Part shown: piece by piece, positions 10,334 to 22,269 of the stretch
Layout of the letters: each line of letters opens with the position of its first letter
Numbering within the stretch: position 1 is the stretch's first letter
Assembly: GCA_033442325.1 (NCBI GenBank)
Contig: JAWQFM010000016.1
Location: 1-23,752 of the forward strand
Origin: Salpingoeca rosetta
Taxonomy: Eukaryota > Protista > Choanoflagellata
Direction of reading: 5' to 3'
DNA: 23,752 nt
Program-made: the position numbers and the translations under genes
Notes under the pieces: generated by a model
The model's database searches: none
What the model was told of the DNA's origin: nothing
Seen by the model: only the letters and a program-made list of their open reading frames with translations

Positions 10334-12790
10334 GCATCGTTGAGTGCACGGCCTGTGGACCCAAGCCTCCCTTCCAGTAACGGCCGCTGCATCAGCGAGT
10401 ACCCTGACGACGGCGAGTATGAGCTCGGCAACGCGTGTGCCGAGTGCCATATAACACGTGTGCCGAGTGCCACCACACCAGACGCCACCCATTGCCTCAA
10501 CCTGTGTGACGGCAACCTCACCAGTCGTGCGTTGCCCATTGCCCTCCCGACTACTACGCCAAGGACCACCGCTGCGTGCCATGCACCACGTGTGGCATGG
10601 GCACCTGGGCCTCCACCCCATGCTCCGCGTCCTCCGACGCCGTCTGCTCTCCCTGGACCGAGTGCAAGCCGGGCCAGAAGGAGTCTGTCTCTGGCAACGC
10701 CGTGCGCGACCGCGCGTGCGTGAGCTGCACCCTTTGGCATGGAGTACCAGCCGCTGCCGGAACGCGCCTCGTGCTTCCCCACCAGCGTGTGCAAGGAGCC
10801 CTTCATCGCCCACGCTCACCACAGACCGCCTGTGCTCCTGTGACACGCTCGCCTGCAACAAGCTCATCACGCAGCTGTTTGAGGAGATGGTGTGCGCCGA
10901 CCCCACGGACGAGCAGATCTATGTGGTGCTTGACGTGTGCTGCGCCGGCCAAGGCGAGGATGGCATCCACAACACCATTCGCCAGAAGGCACGCCGCTCC
11001 TGCCCAGGCTGCACAGACAAGTGCGAGTGCAGCGCTGGCTTCATCCTCGTCCATGACGCCGATTCGGCAGACTGTCTGCCATGCGACAGGCGTGACAGAG
11101 TTCTCCCCATCCATTGGCGGCAGCCATTGCGAGCCCATTGAGGTGTGCGAGCGCGGCCAGGAGGAGGTTGCCGCGCCAACCCGCTGTTCCTTGGACCGTG
11201 TGTGCCGTGACTGCTCGGCCGGCACCATCAACTCGGACAGCGCCGGCTCCACGGGTTGCCAGATATGCCCCACCGGCCAGTACACGGAGGCGGGCTCCGA
11301 CAGCTCCTGCTCCAGCTTCACCTGCCGCACCGGCTCCCACCACCACGACAGCGACCCTGCCACCACGTGCAAGGACGTCACGGAGTGCGCGCCCGGGGTT
11401 TGAGGAGGTGCAGGCCATGACACTCCTCATCAGCGACCGTGTCTGCGACGAGTGCCCGGAGGGCACGTACAAGGCTGTCTGGCCAGGGCGTGCCCTGTCT
11501 CCCCGTCACCACGTGCGACGCCGGCGAGGAGGAGACGGTCAAACCCACCCCCACGAGCGACCGCGTGTGCGGCCAGTGCGATCTTGGCGCCACCTTCAAG
11601 CCCGTCCAACGGCCGGGTCGAGTCATGCCGCCCCGTCACGCAGGGCGGCCCGGATGAGGAAAAGATTCGCTTTGTGAACCCACGCGCCAACACGACCGCC
11701 TCTGCCGCAAGTGCGTCCAGGACACGTGCGTGCCCGTGTCGCGTTGCGCTGCCTCAGAGTACATGTCCACGCATGGCCGTGAGCAAGTGCGAGTTTGGCA
11801 CGTTCCAGAAGCCAGGCGCTGACGCTCGACTCTGACCGCGAGTGCACGCTGGAGTGCTCCGAGTGCCCCAGCGGCCGCTTCGAGATTCGCGCCTGCTCCG
11901 CGCTGGAGGACGTGCAGTGCGCCGGCTGCTCAGCGTGCCCGCCGAACACATACATCCTGCGCGCCTGCGACTCGGGAGAACGATGTGTCATGCCAGCGGT
12001 GCAGCACGTGCTCTGATGAGCAGTACCGCAGCGCGCCATGCACCGCCACCAGCAACACGGCATATATGACGCTCGACGTGTGCGACCAGGACCAGTTTGA
12101 GCTGTTCCCCGCTCTCACGCCAACCATGGATCGCATCTGCCGCGACCTGACCCAGTGCAACCCGTCGACGGAGTACGAGCGCACCGTCTGTGCCACCTCA
12201 TCACCAAGTGCGACCCTGGCGAGCAGCGCATCCGCGCGCCAACCATCACCTCCGACGCCAAGTGCGAGCCGTGCCCCATCGGCACCACCGACCACGACCG
12301 CAACCCGCTCACCGCCTGCCAGCCGTGCCCCCTACGGCCACTATGTGCCTGCGGGCTCCATCGGCTCCTGCGAGCAGTTCCTGTGCCCGGCCGGCACCAC
12401 CAACCTTGGACTGCAACGCCCGCACGCCGTGCACGCCGTGCCAGGCTTGCGTGGACTTTGCCGCCCTCTCTGGCCAGCGTGATTGCACACCTGTGACGGA
12501 GTGCGATTTAGGCTACGAGGAAGTGGTGCGCCCTACTATGCGCCCCACCATCAACACGGACCGCCAGTACCGCCGCTGCATCGAGGGCCTGTTCTACCGC
12601 AACAGCAACACGGACTTCTGCGCTCGCGTGTGTCGCCCTGCGAACCTCGCTCCTTTGAGACGGCCGCGCCCACCACCAGCACAGACCGCGAGTGCCAGAT
12701 GGGCCCGCACGTGCCCCAACACCACGTTCATCTCGCGCCCGCTCACGCCCACGACGCAAAAACACAGGCATCTGCTCGCCGTAAATGCAG
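10334..12790 (+). pseudogene. Cysteine-rich repeat (TNFR-like) extracellular protein segment, heavily frameshifted
   Basis: GC-rich, apparently intronless stretch after a ctccag acceptor. The motif C-x2-(V/W)T-x-C-x2-G-x5-PT-x2-SDRxC recurs across all three frames, e.g. CSPWTECKPGQKESVSGNAVRDRAC, CEPIEVCERGQEEVAAPT..DRVC, CLPVTTCDAGEEETVKPTPTSDRVC and CHLITKCDPGEQRIRAPTITSDAKC. Confidence 0.8.
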
Positions 12791-12799
12791 TGTCTGTCC

Positions 12800-13065
12800 A
12801 ACGAGTACGAGCTCGTTGACACGCAGTCGCGCCGCGAGGCGTTTGAGGCCGCGCTGGTGCAGTCCATCAACATGACGCAGGACGCGTCGCAGATTCATTT
12901 TGCGCATCGACCTGCGCCAGGGCTCCGTCATCGCCACCGTCGCTTCCCTCAACGAGGACATTACGGTGTGCCTCTTCAGCTTGTTCGTCTCTGGCGACGT
13001 CACCGTCATGGGCTTCACCGCATCGCCGTGCGAGGCCGACGCGTTCCTGGACGACTCGTCCCTTT
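12800..13065 (+). pseudogene. SEA-like module following the Cys-rich repeats
   Basis: RREAFEAALVQSI...(frameshift)RIDLRQGSVIATV. The GSV at 12921-12929 sits in a context resembling the SEA-domain xRxGSVVV motif. Confidence 0.5.
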
Positions 13066-14879
13066 GGTTGCACGGGTGCACACGCGATCCGACCCATCGC
13101 ACAGCAACTGCTGGAGCCTCACACGCACGCACGCTTGCCAGTTCACGTGGACGCCGCATTCCTCCACCAGGACAGCAACAACAGCCACCATCATTGCACT
13201 TGCTGTGATCGAGTGCTGCCATCACATGCCACCTTCACCTCCCACATCATCATCATCATCCCAACACTGCTGCCACCACCACCACCACCACCAACGACAG
13301 CAACGAGCTCAAGGCATCGGATGCAGTTGACTCTTGGATTACCACGGCGTTGTTGGGAGAGACGCCAGCAGCAGTGGCGGTGGCGGCCGTGGTAGTGGTG
13401 CACGCCATGGCAACAGCAGCGACGGCTGATGTGGTGGTGGTGGTGAATGTGCTTGCATTCCTCACGAGTTCCAGCAACAGCAAGGAGGTGGTCGCCGTGC
13501 TTCTGGTGGGCACACATTTGTTGACTATTGTTGGTGCCATGGCTGGCAACAGCTGCTGCTGCAATGCGAGGCAACGGCAGTGAAGAAGGAGATGGATGTA
13601 TGTGGTGTGCATGGCGCGCAGCGACGCTTCCTTTGTGGTTGGCTGCGCAATTGCATGTGTGCGCACACCGATGACGACGATGATGAGACGGCGGCCAATC
13701 AAATCACTTCCCACCTGAGGAGCCACCGCAGCGTGGCTCATGCACGCGTGCGCCTCATCTTCCACCTGCAGACTGGCCATCGACAGAGCAGCGGTGCAGT
13801 GTGCCATGCGGTGTTTGATGCCTCGTTGTTGTTGCCACTGCGTCGGCTGTTTGTTGACACGCACGCCGTGCATACTCGATTTCCTTCCTTCCTTCCCTCC
13901 TCCCTTCCTTCCTTGCCTGTTGTCTCTCTGCTCTGCCACTCTCCCCTGTCAGTGTTATGTGTTGGTTGCTGGTTGCCGTGTTGTGGTGGTTCCACTTTGC
14001 TTGTTCAATCGTTTCCCAACAGTACAGTGGGACAGAGCCAAAGACATGAAGAGACGACAACAGCCCTCACACACGGGCACACACGCAACACCAACACGCA
14101 CATCCAAGCAAGAGAGGAAAGCAGAGCACAGAACACAGCACTGCTCAAGACAACAGCCATATTGTATGGTGTTACTTGCAGTGCAGCCAAACAACCAAGT
14201 GCAACGTGGCCTGCACCAACAACAACAACAAGGGCGCAGTCATCCACAAGCCAACACTGTGTGTCAGCGTGCTGCAGGGCAAAAAAGACACACGAAGCAG
14301 GTCAGTCCATTGCGCTATTGCTGTTGTTGCTGTACTTGAACGCCTCGCACCAGTGCTTCAAGCACGTCCCTCCAGTGTCAGCTGCACTCGGTTGCCGTCC
14401 TCGTCAGCTAGTGGTGCTGTTGTCGTTTGCACCGTGTCTCGCGGATGGCCTGTGTGATGAAGCAGAATGCGTCCAGCACCACCGCGATTATGCCAGATGG
14501 ATTGGGCAGTCCAGGACAAAAGAAGACAACACTGCAGCCTCCATCATCTTCTTTGCCATGTCAAGATGCTTGGCAGATGATGTCAGGTACGGCAATGCAG
14601 TGACATCGTAGTCGTCAAGCTTGTGCGCATCTGCGGGAGGTGTTGCTGGTGGAACAACAACGGGCACAATGGCGTAGGAGCGGCATCTGGGGTCTGTCGT
14701 TGGGCGGAGATGGCACAGGTCAAACTGCTCTGTGGGGGATCATGGTGCGGTTCAGGGTCGGTCCCAGCGCCCACAGGGCAACCCTGCCTCGCGAAACGCT
14801 GCTTGAAACAGTGAGCAGGTGCTGGTGGTCGCACGTGACCATGTCATCTGCTCTGTCATTGCGATGCAGTATGGTGGTG

Positions 14880-16145
14880 TGCTGTAGTCGCACTTGATCA
14901 AGCTCTCAACAGAGTTGACCAACAAGACGCTGCTGTGACGGGCAAAGATGCCGAACTTGACCGGAGCGTTTCTGCTCACTTTGAGCTTGCTGAGGACATT
15001 GTGGTTGGCGACGTCACACACAAACATATAACCTCGCGCAGTGCCGATCGCCAGCAGGCTGTCATCAGTTGGGTGGGTCGCCATGGTGGTGGCGGTCATG
15101 TTGGCGTTCAGATCAGCCTCGTTCACAAACAAGTCATCCAACACCGCCGCACGCGTCAGCGCCCGCTCACACCACTACTGCTGCCGCTCCTGCTGCTGTT
15201 GCTGTTGCTGGTGATCCTGCTGGTCATGCTGGTGGTGGTCAATGGCACAGACGTGCACTGTGTTTCCGCACGCGCTAGCAAGCTTGTTGCTGCTGTCTGC
15301 AAGCACTGCAATGCGCAGGACACGAACGCCCGTGACCTCTTTGGGTTGTGCCAACGTCGCACGACCAACACAAACGGGCGTGTCGTTGTTGTTGCCGCTG
15401 TTGTTGTTGTTGGCGCCACTGCTGTTTTCCCTTCATGTTGTGTTGTTGCTGATCGTGTGATGTAAGGGGGCTGAGGTCCCACACGCGCAAGTCGGTCGAA
15501 GTGGACGCAGTCACCAGGAAGCGGCCATCAGGGGTGACGCGCAACGCATCCACGGCAGTGCGCTAAGGCTCCTTACTCGCCGGTTCCGACTCTACTTCCC
15601 CTCTCGCTTCTTCTCCGCCCACGTCTTGTATCGTCTCCTCGCCATTATCGACAGCATCGGCCCTCCACTCTGCAAGTAGGGTCGATGGCTGACCAAGCTG
15701 CCACAAAGAGATGACGCCCGCCTTGTTGCCCGCGATGTACAGGGTGGGCGTGACTGCCACGCAATGCGTGTGCTCGAAGGTGGACGGCACGGCACGACCG
15801 CCAGGCACTTGAGGTCTGGCACGCGGTGCAGCTTGCACTCCTAGGGCACCTTCTGCCACCTCTCGATGACGCCATCGGACGCGGCGGCGCATGCAAGCTC
15901 AGCGCCAGGGAAAGGCTTCTCGTAGATGACTGTGCGTTCAGCCTCCCGGACACCGAGGCCACAGATGTACACGCGGGAATAAGAGGGGCCGATGAGGTGC
16001 TTGCCGTCCTTGGTCCACACCATGTCGGTTGCTGTGACGGGCACGCGCTGCTTGCATGTCAGCCTGTGCATGTCCCACACAAACAACTCAGCTACCAGCA
16101 GGCGGCCATCGGGACTGGCGTTGACGTAGGAGTAGCCGCCCTGCT
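14880..16145 (-). pseudogene. WD40-repeat protein, distal part resembling RBBP5/Swd1; in-frame stops
   Basis: WD-type blades: ASPDGRLLVAELFVWD, WTKDGKHL, LYIAGNKAGVISLWQL, VTPDGRFLVTASTSTDLRVWDL and LLAIGTARGYMFVCD...FARHSSVLLVNS (cf. RBBP5 IYTGNAKG...FARKGSCFLINT). Interrupted by stops near 15841 and 15563 and by frame changes. WD40 is well supported; the RBBP5 resemblance is tentative. Confidence 0.7.
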
Positions 16146-16864
16146 CAGAAGAAGCAGAAGGACAGCTGCCAGGAGGCCTCAGAGAGACGAGAGGAGGAGT
16201 GCGTGTCTGCTTGGCTGCTTGATGTTCTTGATGTCCTGGGAAGACTGGTGCTGAAATGGATGTGCGATGTATATTCGTGTTTCGTGTTGAGAGGGAAGTG
16301 TTGTTGGATGGATGAGTGGCTGTATTGAATGTGCTCGATGGTGTGAGCCAAAGAACTGAGCCAACGCACGCAACGTGAACGGAACACGAAAGACAGGTCA
16401 AAGCACCAACAGAAGAGAAAGGAACAACTGTTGCAGTGGGAACAGCAGCAGCTTAAAGATGTACGTGTAGCGCGCGCGCACACATCACGGCTCACCGCTT
16501 CATGTGGAGCTTGTTCTCCTCGCTCGGGTACTTGGTCGGGTGTACCTGAACATCATCGCAGATGAGCAGATGAGGCAGTGGTGTCAGCAGAAAACGACCG
16601 CACGCAACCGCCACCACCACCTCACCCCAAAGCAACCCCCCACCACCATCTAACCCCCAAGCAAAGAAGGCACCCCACAGCCAGCCCACCTTGAAGACGC
16701 ATGCGTAGAGGTTGGCGGCGGCAATCAGAAACTCCTTGTGCAACGGATTCTGCGGATCAAACTCGAGCACCTCGGGGAAGATCTTGTGGCCTATATGGGC
16801 ACACCACACGACGGGCGAGGTGAGCAGGCGAACAGTTGCGGTGTGGATGGTGCTGCCAGAGCGA

Positions 16865-16970
16865 ACACAAACAAACAACACACAAACACACACACACACA
16901 TACACACAAACAAACAAACACACGCACGCACATACTCAGACACAGACACAGACACACACACACACACACA

Positions 16971-17016
<46 letters not shown>

Positions 17017-17021
17017 GAACA

Positions 17022-17052
<31 letters not shown>

Positions 17053-17054
17053 GC
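16865..17054. repeat. Imperfect (CA)n tract merging into (GC)n
   Basis: Intronic tract in the E1 fragment, ending in gcgcgc at the exon border. Confidence 0.9.
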
Positions 17055-17749
17055 CTGACCAGAAGGGCTCTCCACTCTTGGTCTTTGCGCCTGCGGGGAA
17101 AGTGGCGATGAGGTCCAGAATGACGTCGCGGGAAAACGCGTGGAAGTCGCGCCACGCCAGCGACACACACGTCTCCATCGTCGGCTTCTCTTGCAGCTGA
17201 GAGACAACACACATGCAAGTGGCGGTGGTGTCACGATGGTGAGAATCCTCATAAGCACGAAAGGGCGTGTCATCACATCCACCACACATCCATCACACAA
17301 CTACCACACGCTGCCACCTTCAACAACAACAACAACACCAGCACCTGTGCGGCGAGGTCCTTGATGGCCTTGAGCGTGTCCACGCCGCGTTCGAGGGCGC
17401 CAATCCGCTCGTGCTGCTCAAACTTCGTCTCCAGCCCCGAGGTGAATCCCTCAGGATCCTCCAAGAACTGCTGCAGCTGCGACGCAGGGCTCACAAACAG
17501 GTCCGTGACCTTGGCCCGCGCCCACTCGATACAGTGGTCAATGAGGTGCGGGAAGTTGCGCAGCGTGCACATGGGAATGCCGCCACCTGAGAACAGGAAA
17601 AGAAGAGGGCGAAAAAAGATGTTGAGTGGCGGTGAGACGATGGGGCTGGATAGGATGCAAACGATCGTGTAAGCTACACAAATGCACGCACGTGCACACA
17701 GCACACATACCTGCTTCTGCGTCGCCGCTGTCGGCTGAATGAGTTGGTG

Positions 17750-18440
<691 letters not shown>

Positions 18441-18819
18441 AGCTGGTGGATGGGCCTGCAGCGACCGCTGATCTTGACGATCCCCTGCGCAACAACGCCT
18501 TCCTTGTACATGCACATCGGTGATGGTAAAGGTGATGGCGATGGCAGTGGGGGTAAGGGAGGGGTTTAAGGCGAGGTCTGAGGTTCAGCATGCGCAGTGT
18601 GTCACCACCTTCAATACACCATGGCACCATCATGCTTGATACACGATTTGGAAACACCCGGTGTTACGCACACGCACGCTCACACATGCGCACGTGCACA
18701 AGTACGCACTCACCTCAGGGCAGCTGGTATAACCGGGGAAGATGATGATGCTCTCAAGTGGCACGCCCCTGGTGTCTGTATCTCACCATGCCGCAGTGCA
18801 TGGCCTGGTCGATCGAGGT

Positions 18820-18830
18820 TGTGTGTGTGA

Positions 18831-18919
<89 letters not shown>

Positions 18920-18951
18920 GTTGTGTTCGTGAGTTTGAGAGAGAGAGAGAG
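18820..18951. repeat. (GT)n plus (GA)n microsatellite
   Basis: Directly visible runs. Confidence 0.9.
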
Positions 18952-19487
18952 TGAGAAGCACATTGACATTGCTATGCGCTGTGCCTCGTCTGCGACACGA
19001 ACACGTGATGTTGACTGTGATGGTGCGGTCAACATGTCTGTTGACGAAAGGAAACAACTCATCAAAGCACAGCGCGTGTGGAAGAACAAACAAACCTGTA
19101 TGGTGGTGTTGTTGGCATTTCTTTCTTTGGCTGCTGCCTGCAGTGGTGCGGATGATGCTGGGCAGTGGCGGACGAGGAAAGCAACCACAGCAACTACCAC
19201 AGAAACAAAGTTGGTTGTAGAAAGGACATCACACACACACACACACATGTGAGCAAGGAGGAGGAAGGTGATGAAGTGAGGGACAACATCACAACCATTG
19301 CCAACAACACCTGCAACAGCAGCACAGTGAGGTGAGCGCAAAAGCGCAAGCCAACAATGACTAGAACATGTGAACGACACTTTGGCTTGTTCACCTGTCG
19401 TTGATGTGCACCCTTGGTATGCCTGCCTTGCTTGCTTGGTGTGGGTGTCACGACGCAATGCGCTCGTCCGTCATTGCCCCCACCCAC

Positions 19488-19541
<54 letters not shown>
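19488..19541. repeat. (CA)n microsatellite ending at the FANCD2 exon acceptor
   Basis: cacacacag|ccg junction. Confidence 0.9.
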
Positions 19542-19542
<1 letters not shown>

Positions 19543-21211
19543 CCGTCGTTGGCGCCGGCCATCCTCGACACATTCTCAAATCTCAAGTACGAACACGACG
19601 TTGATGTTGTTGGTGTTGTTGTTGATGACGTTGTGTATCTGCGGTGTGTTCCTCAGCCACCATGTTCTTGGATTGCGACGCAGCCATTCCACCACCATCC
19701 CTCACCCATCTCCCCTTCCCTCTCTCTCTCCACACCACCCTCATCCATTGCGCTGCTGTGCAGTGTGGCGCCGGTACGCCTGTGCCAGATCTGCGACCAC
19801 GTGTTGAGCCAGCTTGGATCATACAGTACAGCGTGCCTCCCAATCGTCATCAAGTTTCGCATGCAGCAAGGTGGTGGCGGTACTGTTGAGGGCGGCGAGG
19901 AGTGGGAGATGATGCCACAGTGTGTGACTGTGTGACGGCGATCTCACATGCGCTTGTCTGCACGTGTCACTGTGGCTTGTTCTCTCGCAGCCGATCCCTC
20001 ACATGCCTTCGCACACACACACACGCACACACACATGTACGTTGAAGTTCAGCGGATGGAATGGATGATGTGAATGCGCTGACAGCGAACATGCAACACC
20101 AACAACGGGGTGATGATCACGATGTGTTTGCCTGTGGTGGCTGCCATCAAGGGCGGGCTGGCATTCTGATGCACACATTGCAAAGGCGTGGCTGCGGCCA
20201 ACTCAAGACGACCATGGCCCAGCCAATCACCGCCCTCGATCTGCTTGTGCTGTTGCTGCTTTACCAAGCACCAGAACGCCCACCGCCGCGGCGCAGAGAC
20301 CACCGTGATCAAGCTTGCAAGCACGGGCCGGCTCATCGCCGCCATGGCCGCTGCCACGTTTGCCAGACACACGCGCGCGTTCTTGATGTGCTTCAAGTCG
20401 AATGTGCACATGGCGGACCTCCTGAACCGGCGGCAAAAGGCCGCGTGCTCGCCACCTCGCCTCCACAGCAGGAGGTGGTTGGGGCGCTAGTGGCGCACAT
20501 TGGCACGGGGGCAAGCACAGGAGGTGGATGCAGCCGTGTCTGTGCTGCTATGTCGCTGGCCACAGACCACCCGAAGCTGCTGCACCCGTTTGCGCTCATG
20601 TTGAACGGCATCCTGGACTGCCTGGGCAACCTGCACTTCATCCACCTCTGGCAGCTCTTCCGTGTCCTGACCACGCTCACGTTTGACCGCCAGCGCACCG
20701 CAGCCGCAGGCCTCAGAGGAAGATGGTGTGTGTGTGTGTGTATGTGTGTGTGTGTGTGTGTGTTTGAATGTGTGTGTGTGTGTGTGTGTGATCTTGTGCG
20801 TTGGGGAAGGTGTGTTAACATAATGTCCTTCCATGAAGAGCGTCTCTCACCCGTTTCACTACCACCACCACCACTACCAACACCACCACAATCCCTTCTG
20901 CATTGCACCGGGTGTACGGCAGCTGTCTCAATCGAATGATGAGCTGAAACGCATCGGCACCATCGCCGCCACCACCATCACCCACACCTGGCTCGCTCTT
21001 GCCAACGACGCAGGCATCTCCATCGACGGTGCGTGCGTTCATGCGTGCGTGCGTTTGCGCCCTTGTCTGCACCTTTGTTTGCGGTTCACCTGAGGTCCCG
21101 TGTGGACTAGTCGTGCTCCTCCTCATCCACCACTCACCCGTCTCCTCGCCTGTCCAACAGGCGACCATCTCTCCTCGGTTCTGCAGGTATTACACCTCAT
21201 CTATGTCGACA
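19543..21211 (+). pseudogene. FANCD2: FANCD2-like internal fragment, frameshifted
   Basis: Exon 19543-19586 (PSLAPAILDTFSNL) splices in frame to 19764-19870 (QICDHVLSQL...LPIVIKF). Then ~20052-20726 (ALDLLVLLLLY; QQEVVGALVAHIGTG; LNGILDCLGNL...LFRVLTTLTF), ~20914-21028 (RQLSQSNDELKRIGTIAA) and 21161-21211. Colinear with FANCD2 PILDVLSSL, LPVIIKF, DLVMLFIIY, QQEVVGALVTHICSG, KGILDYLDN and KQLSS..YKLIGIIGA. Confidence 0.88.
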
Positions 21212-21329
21212 AGTGCGTTCAGCCAGCATGCTCCGTTGCCACAACGTCTCCACATCCACGCCCAGTCATTTGTCCGTCTGTCGTGGCGTCGTTTCCTCCC
21301 CCCACCGCCAGCTCCAGCAGCTACCAAGA

Positions 21330-22119
21330 GCAAGCACGTCTGTCGGGATGCGTGAACGGGGATGGTGGGCTCACCATCGAGCCGCCGCCGCCGACGGCCG
21401 GTTGGGTTCAGGTCGCTCGCCGACCCTGGCAGGCACGTGTGGAGGCCGCCGAGACCCCAAGCGCACGTTCCAGCACAACAACACCCTCAACACGATTGTG
21501 GTTTGCGCAGGTGGACGGGTGCGCCCCACACGCGGGAGGTGTGCTCCAACTTCTCACCTGAGTACACGCGCGCGCGCGAGGTGGGCAAGGACACGCACGT
21601 GGTCGTCAACGAGAAGACGCGGCAGGCACCGTTCGAGACGAAGCTGCAGCTGCTGGCGGGGATTGCCGTCGTGTTCGCGGGCACTGTGCGCAGCAAGACT
21701 GACGCGGAGACAAGATTGCGAAAGCACGCTGCCGGGACGCGGACCTCTTCACGTTCCTGATGTCGCTGCAGCCCTTTGGGATGGTGGAACCTGTCGCTAG
21801 GGACGGGCGACCTGAACCTGGAGGAGGAATTAACGGTAGCGGAGGTGCAGCAAGAGAGTTGGGCGCATCCCCGATTGGCGTGGGCCTGCAGCAACGACGT
21901 GCTGTTCCGGACGGTCGTGGACGGACAGCGAGTACAGGCTGGCGACCCAGCCCTCCGACGAGGCTGCTGGGCGCCGTGCACGCTGAGCGGCCGAACCCGC
22001 TGCCGATGCCGCCGCACTCTAACGTGCTGATGGAACTACTTTTCCACCAGCCGCACCTGATGCGCAAGGCGAGCGTTGTGGGCGTGGACGGGGGAGTGAA
22101 AGGGGACCTGTTTGGTTGA
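21330..22119 (+). pseudogene. Unidentified intronless coding-like segment, apparently frameshifted
   Basis: GC-rich and microsatellite-free. Protein-like peptides alternate between frames (RSLADPGRHVWRP; FQHNNTLNTIVVC; REVCSNFSPEYTRAREVGKDTHVVVNEK..FETKLQLLAGIAVVF; WWNLSLG...NDVLFRTVVDG; NVLMELLFHQPHLMRK). Family not recognised. Confidence 0.4.
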
Positions 22120-22269
22120 CGTGTGGTGTGGTAGGTTGTATGCTCGTTGCTTGTCAGCCGGATGGATTGCGTGAAGAGTTTACTGAAGTGTCAAACAAGC
22201 AACGTCAAGCAAGTCAAAGCAAGGGGAAAGCATGTATGTGAAGGAAAGAACGACAACACACGCAAACCC

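Noticed and set aside
10334-13065. Programmed frameshifting or RNA editing as the explanation for the frame changes
   Set aside because: No consistent slippery motif was seen; decay or sequencing error is simpler.
13150-14810. Hydrophobic ORF 13350-13583 as a transmembrane anchor, and the 343-aa ORF at 13580
   Set aside because: Driven by GTG/GCA triplet repeats; no frame or splice link to the Cys-rich gene and no family motif.
18714-18820. Possible additional upstream E1 exon
   Set aside because: A donor site is present, but the peptide similarity is marginal.
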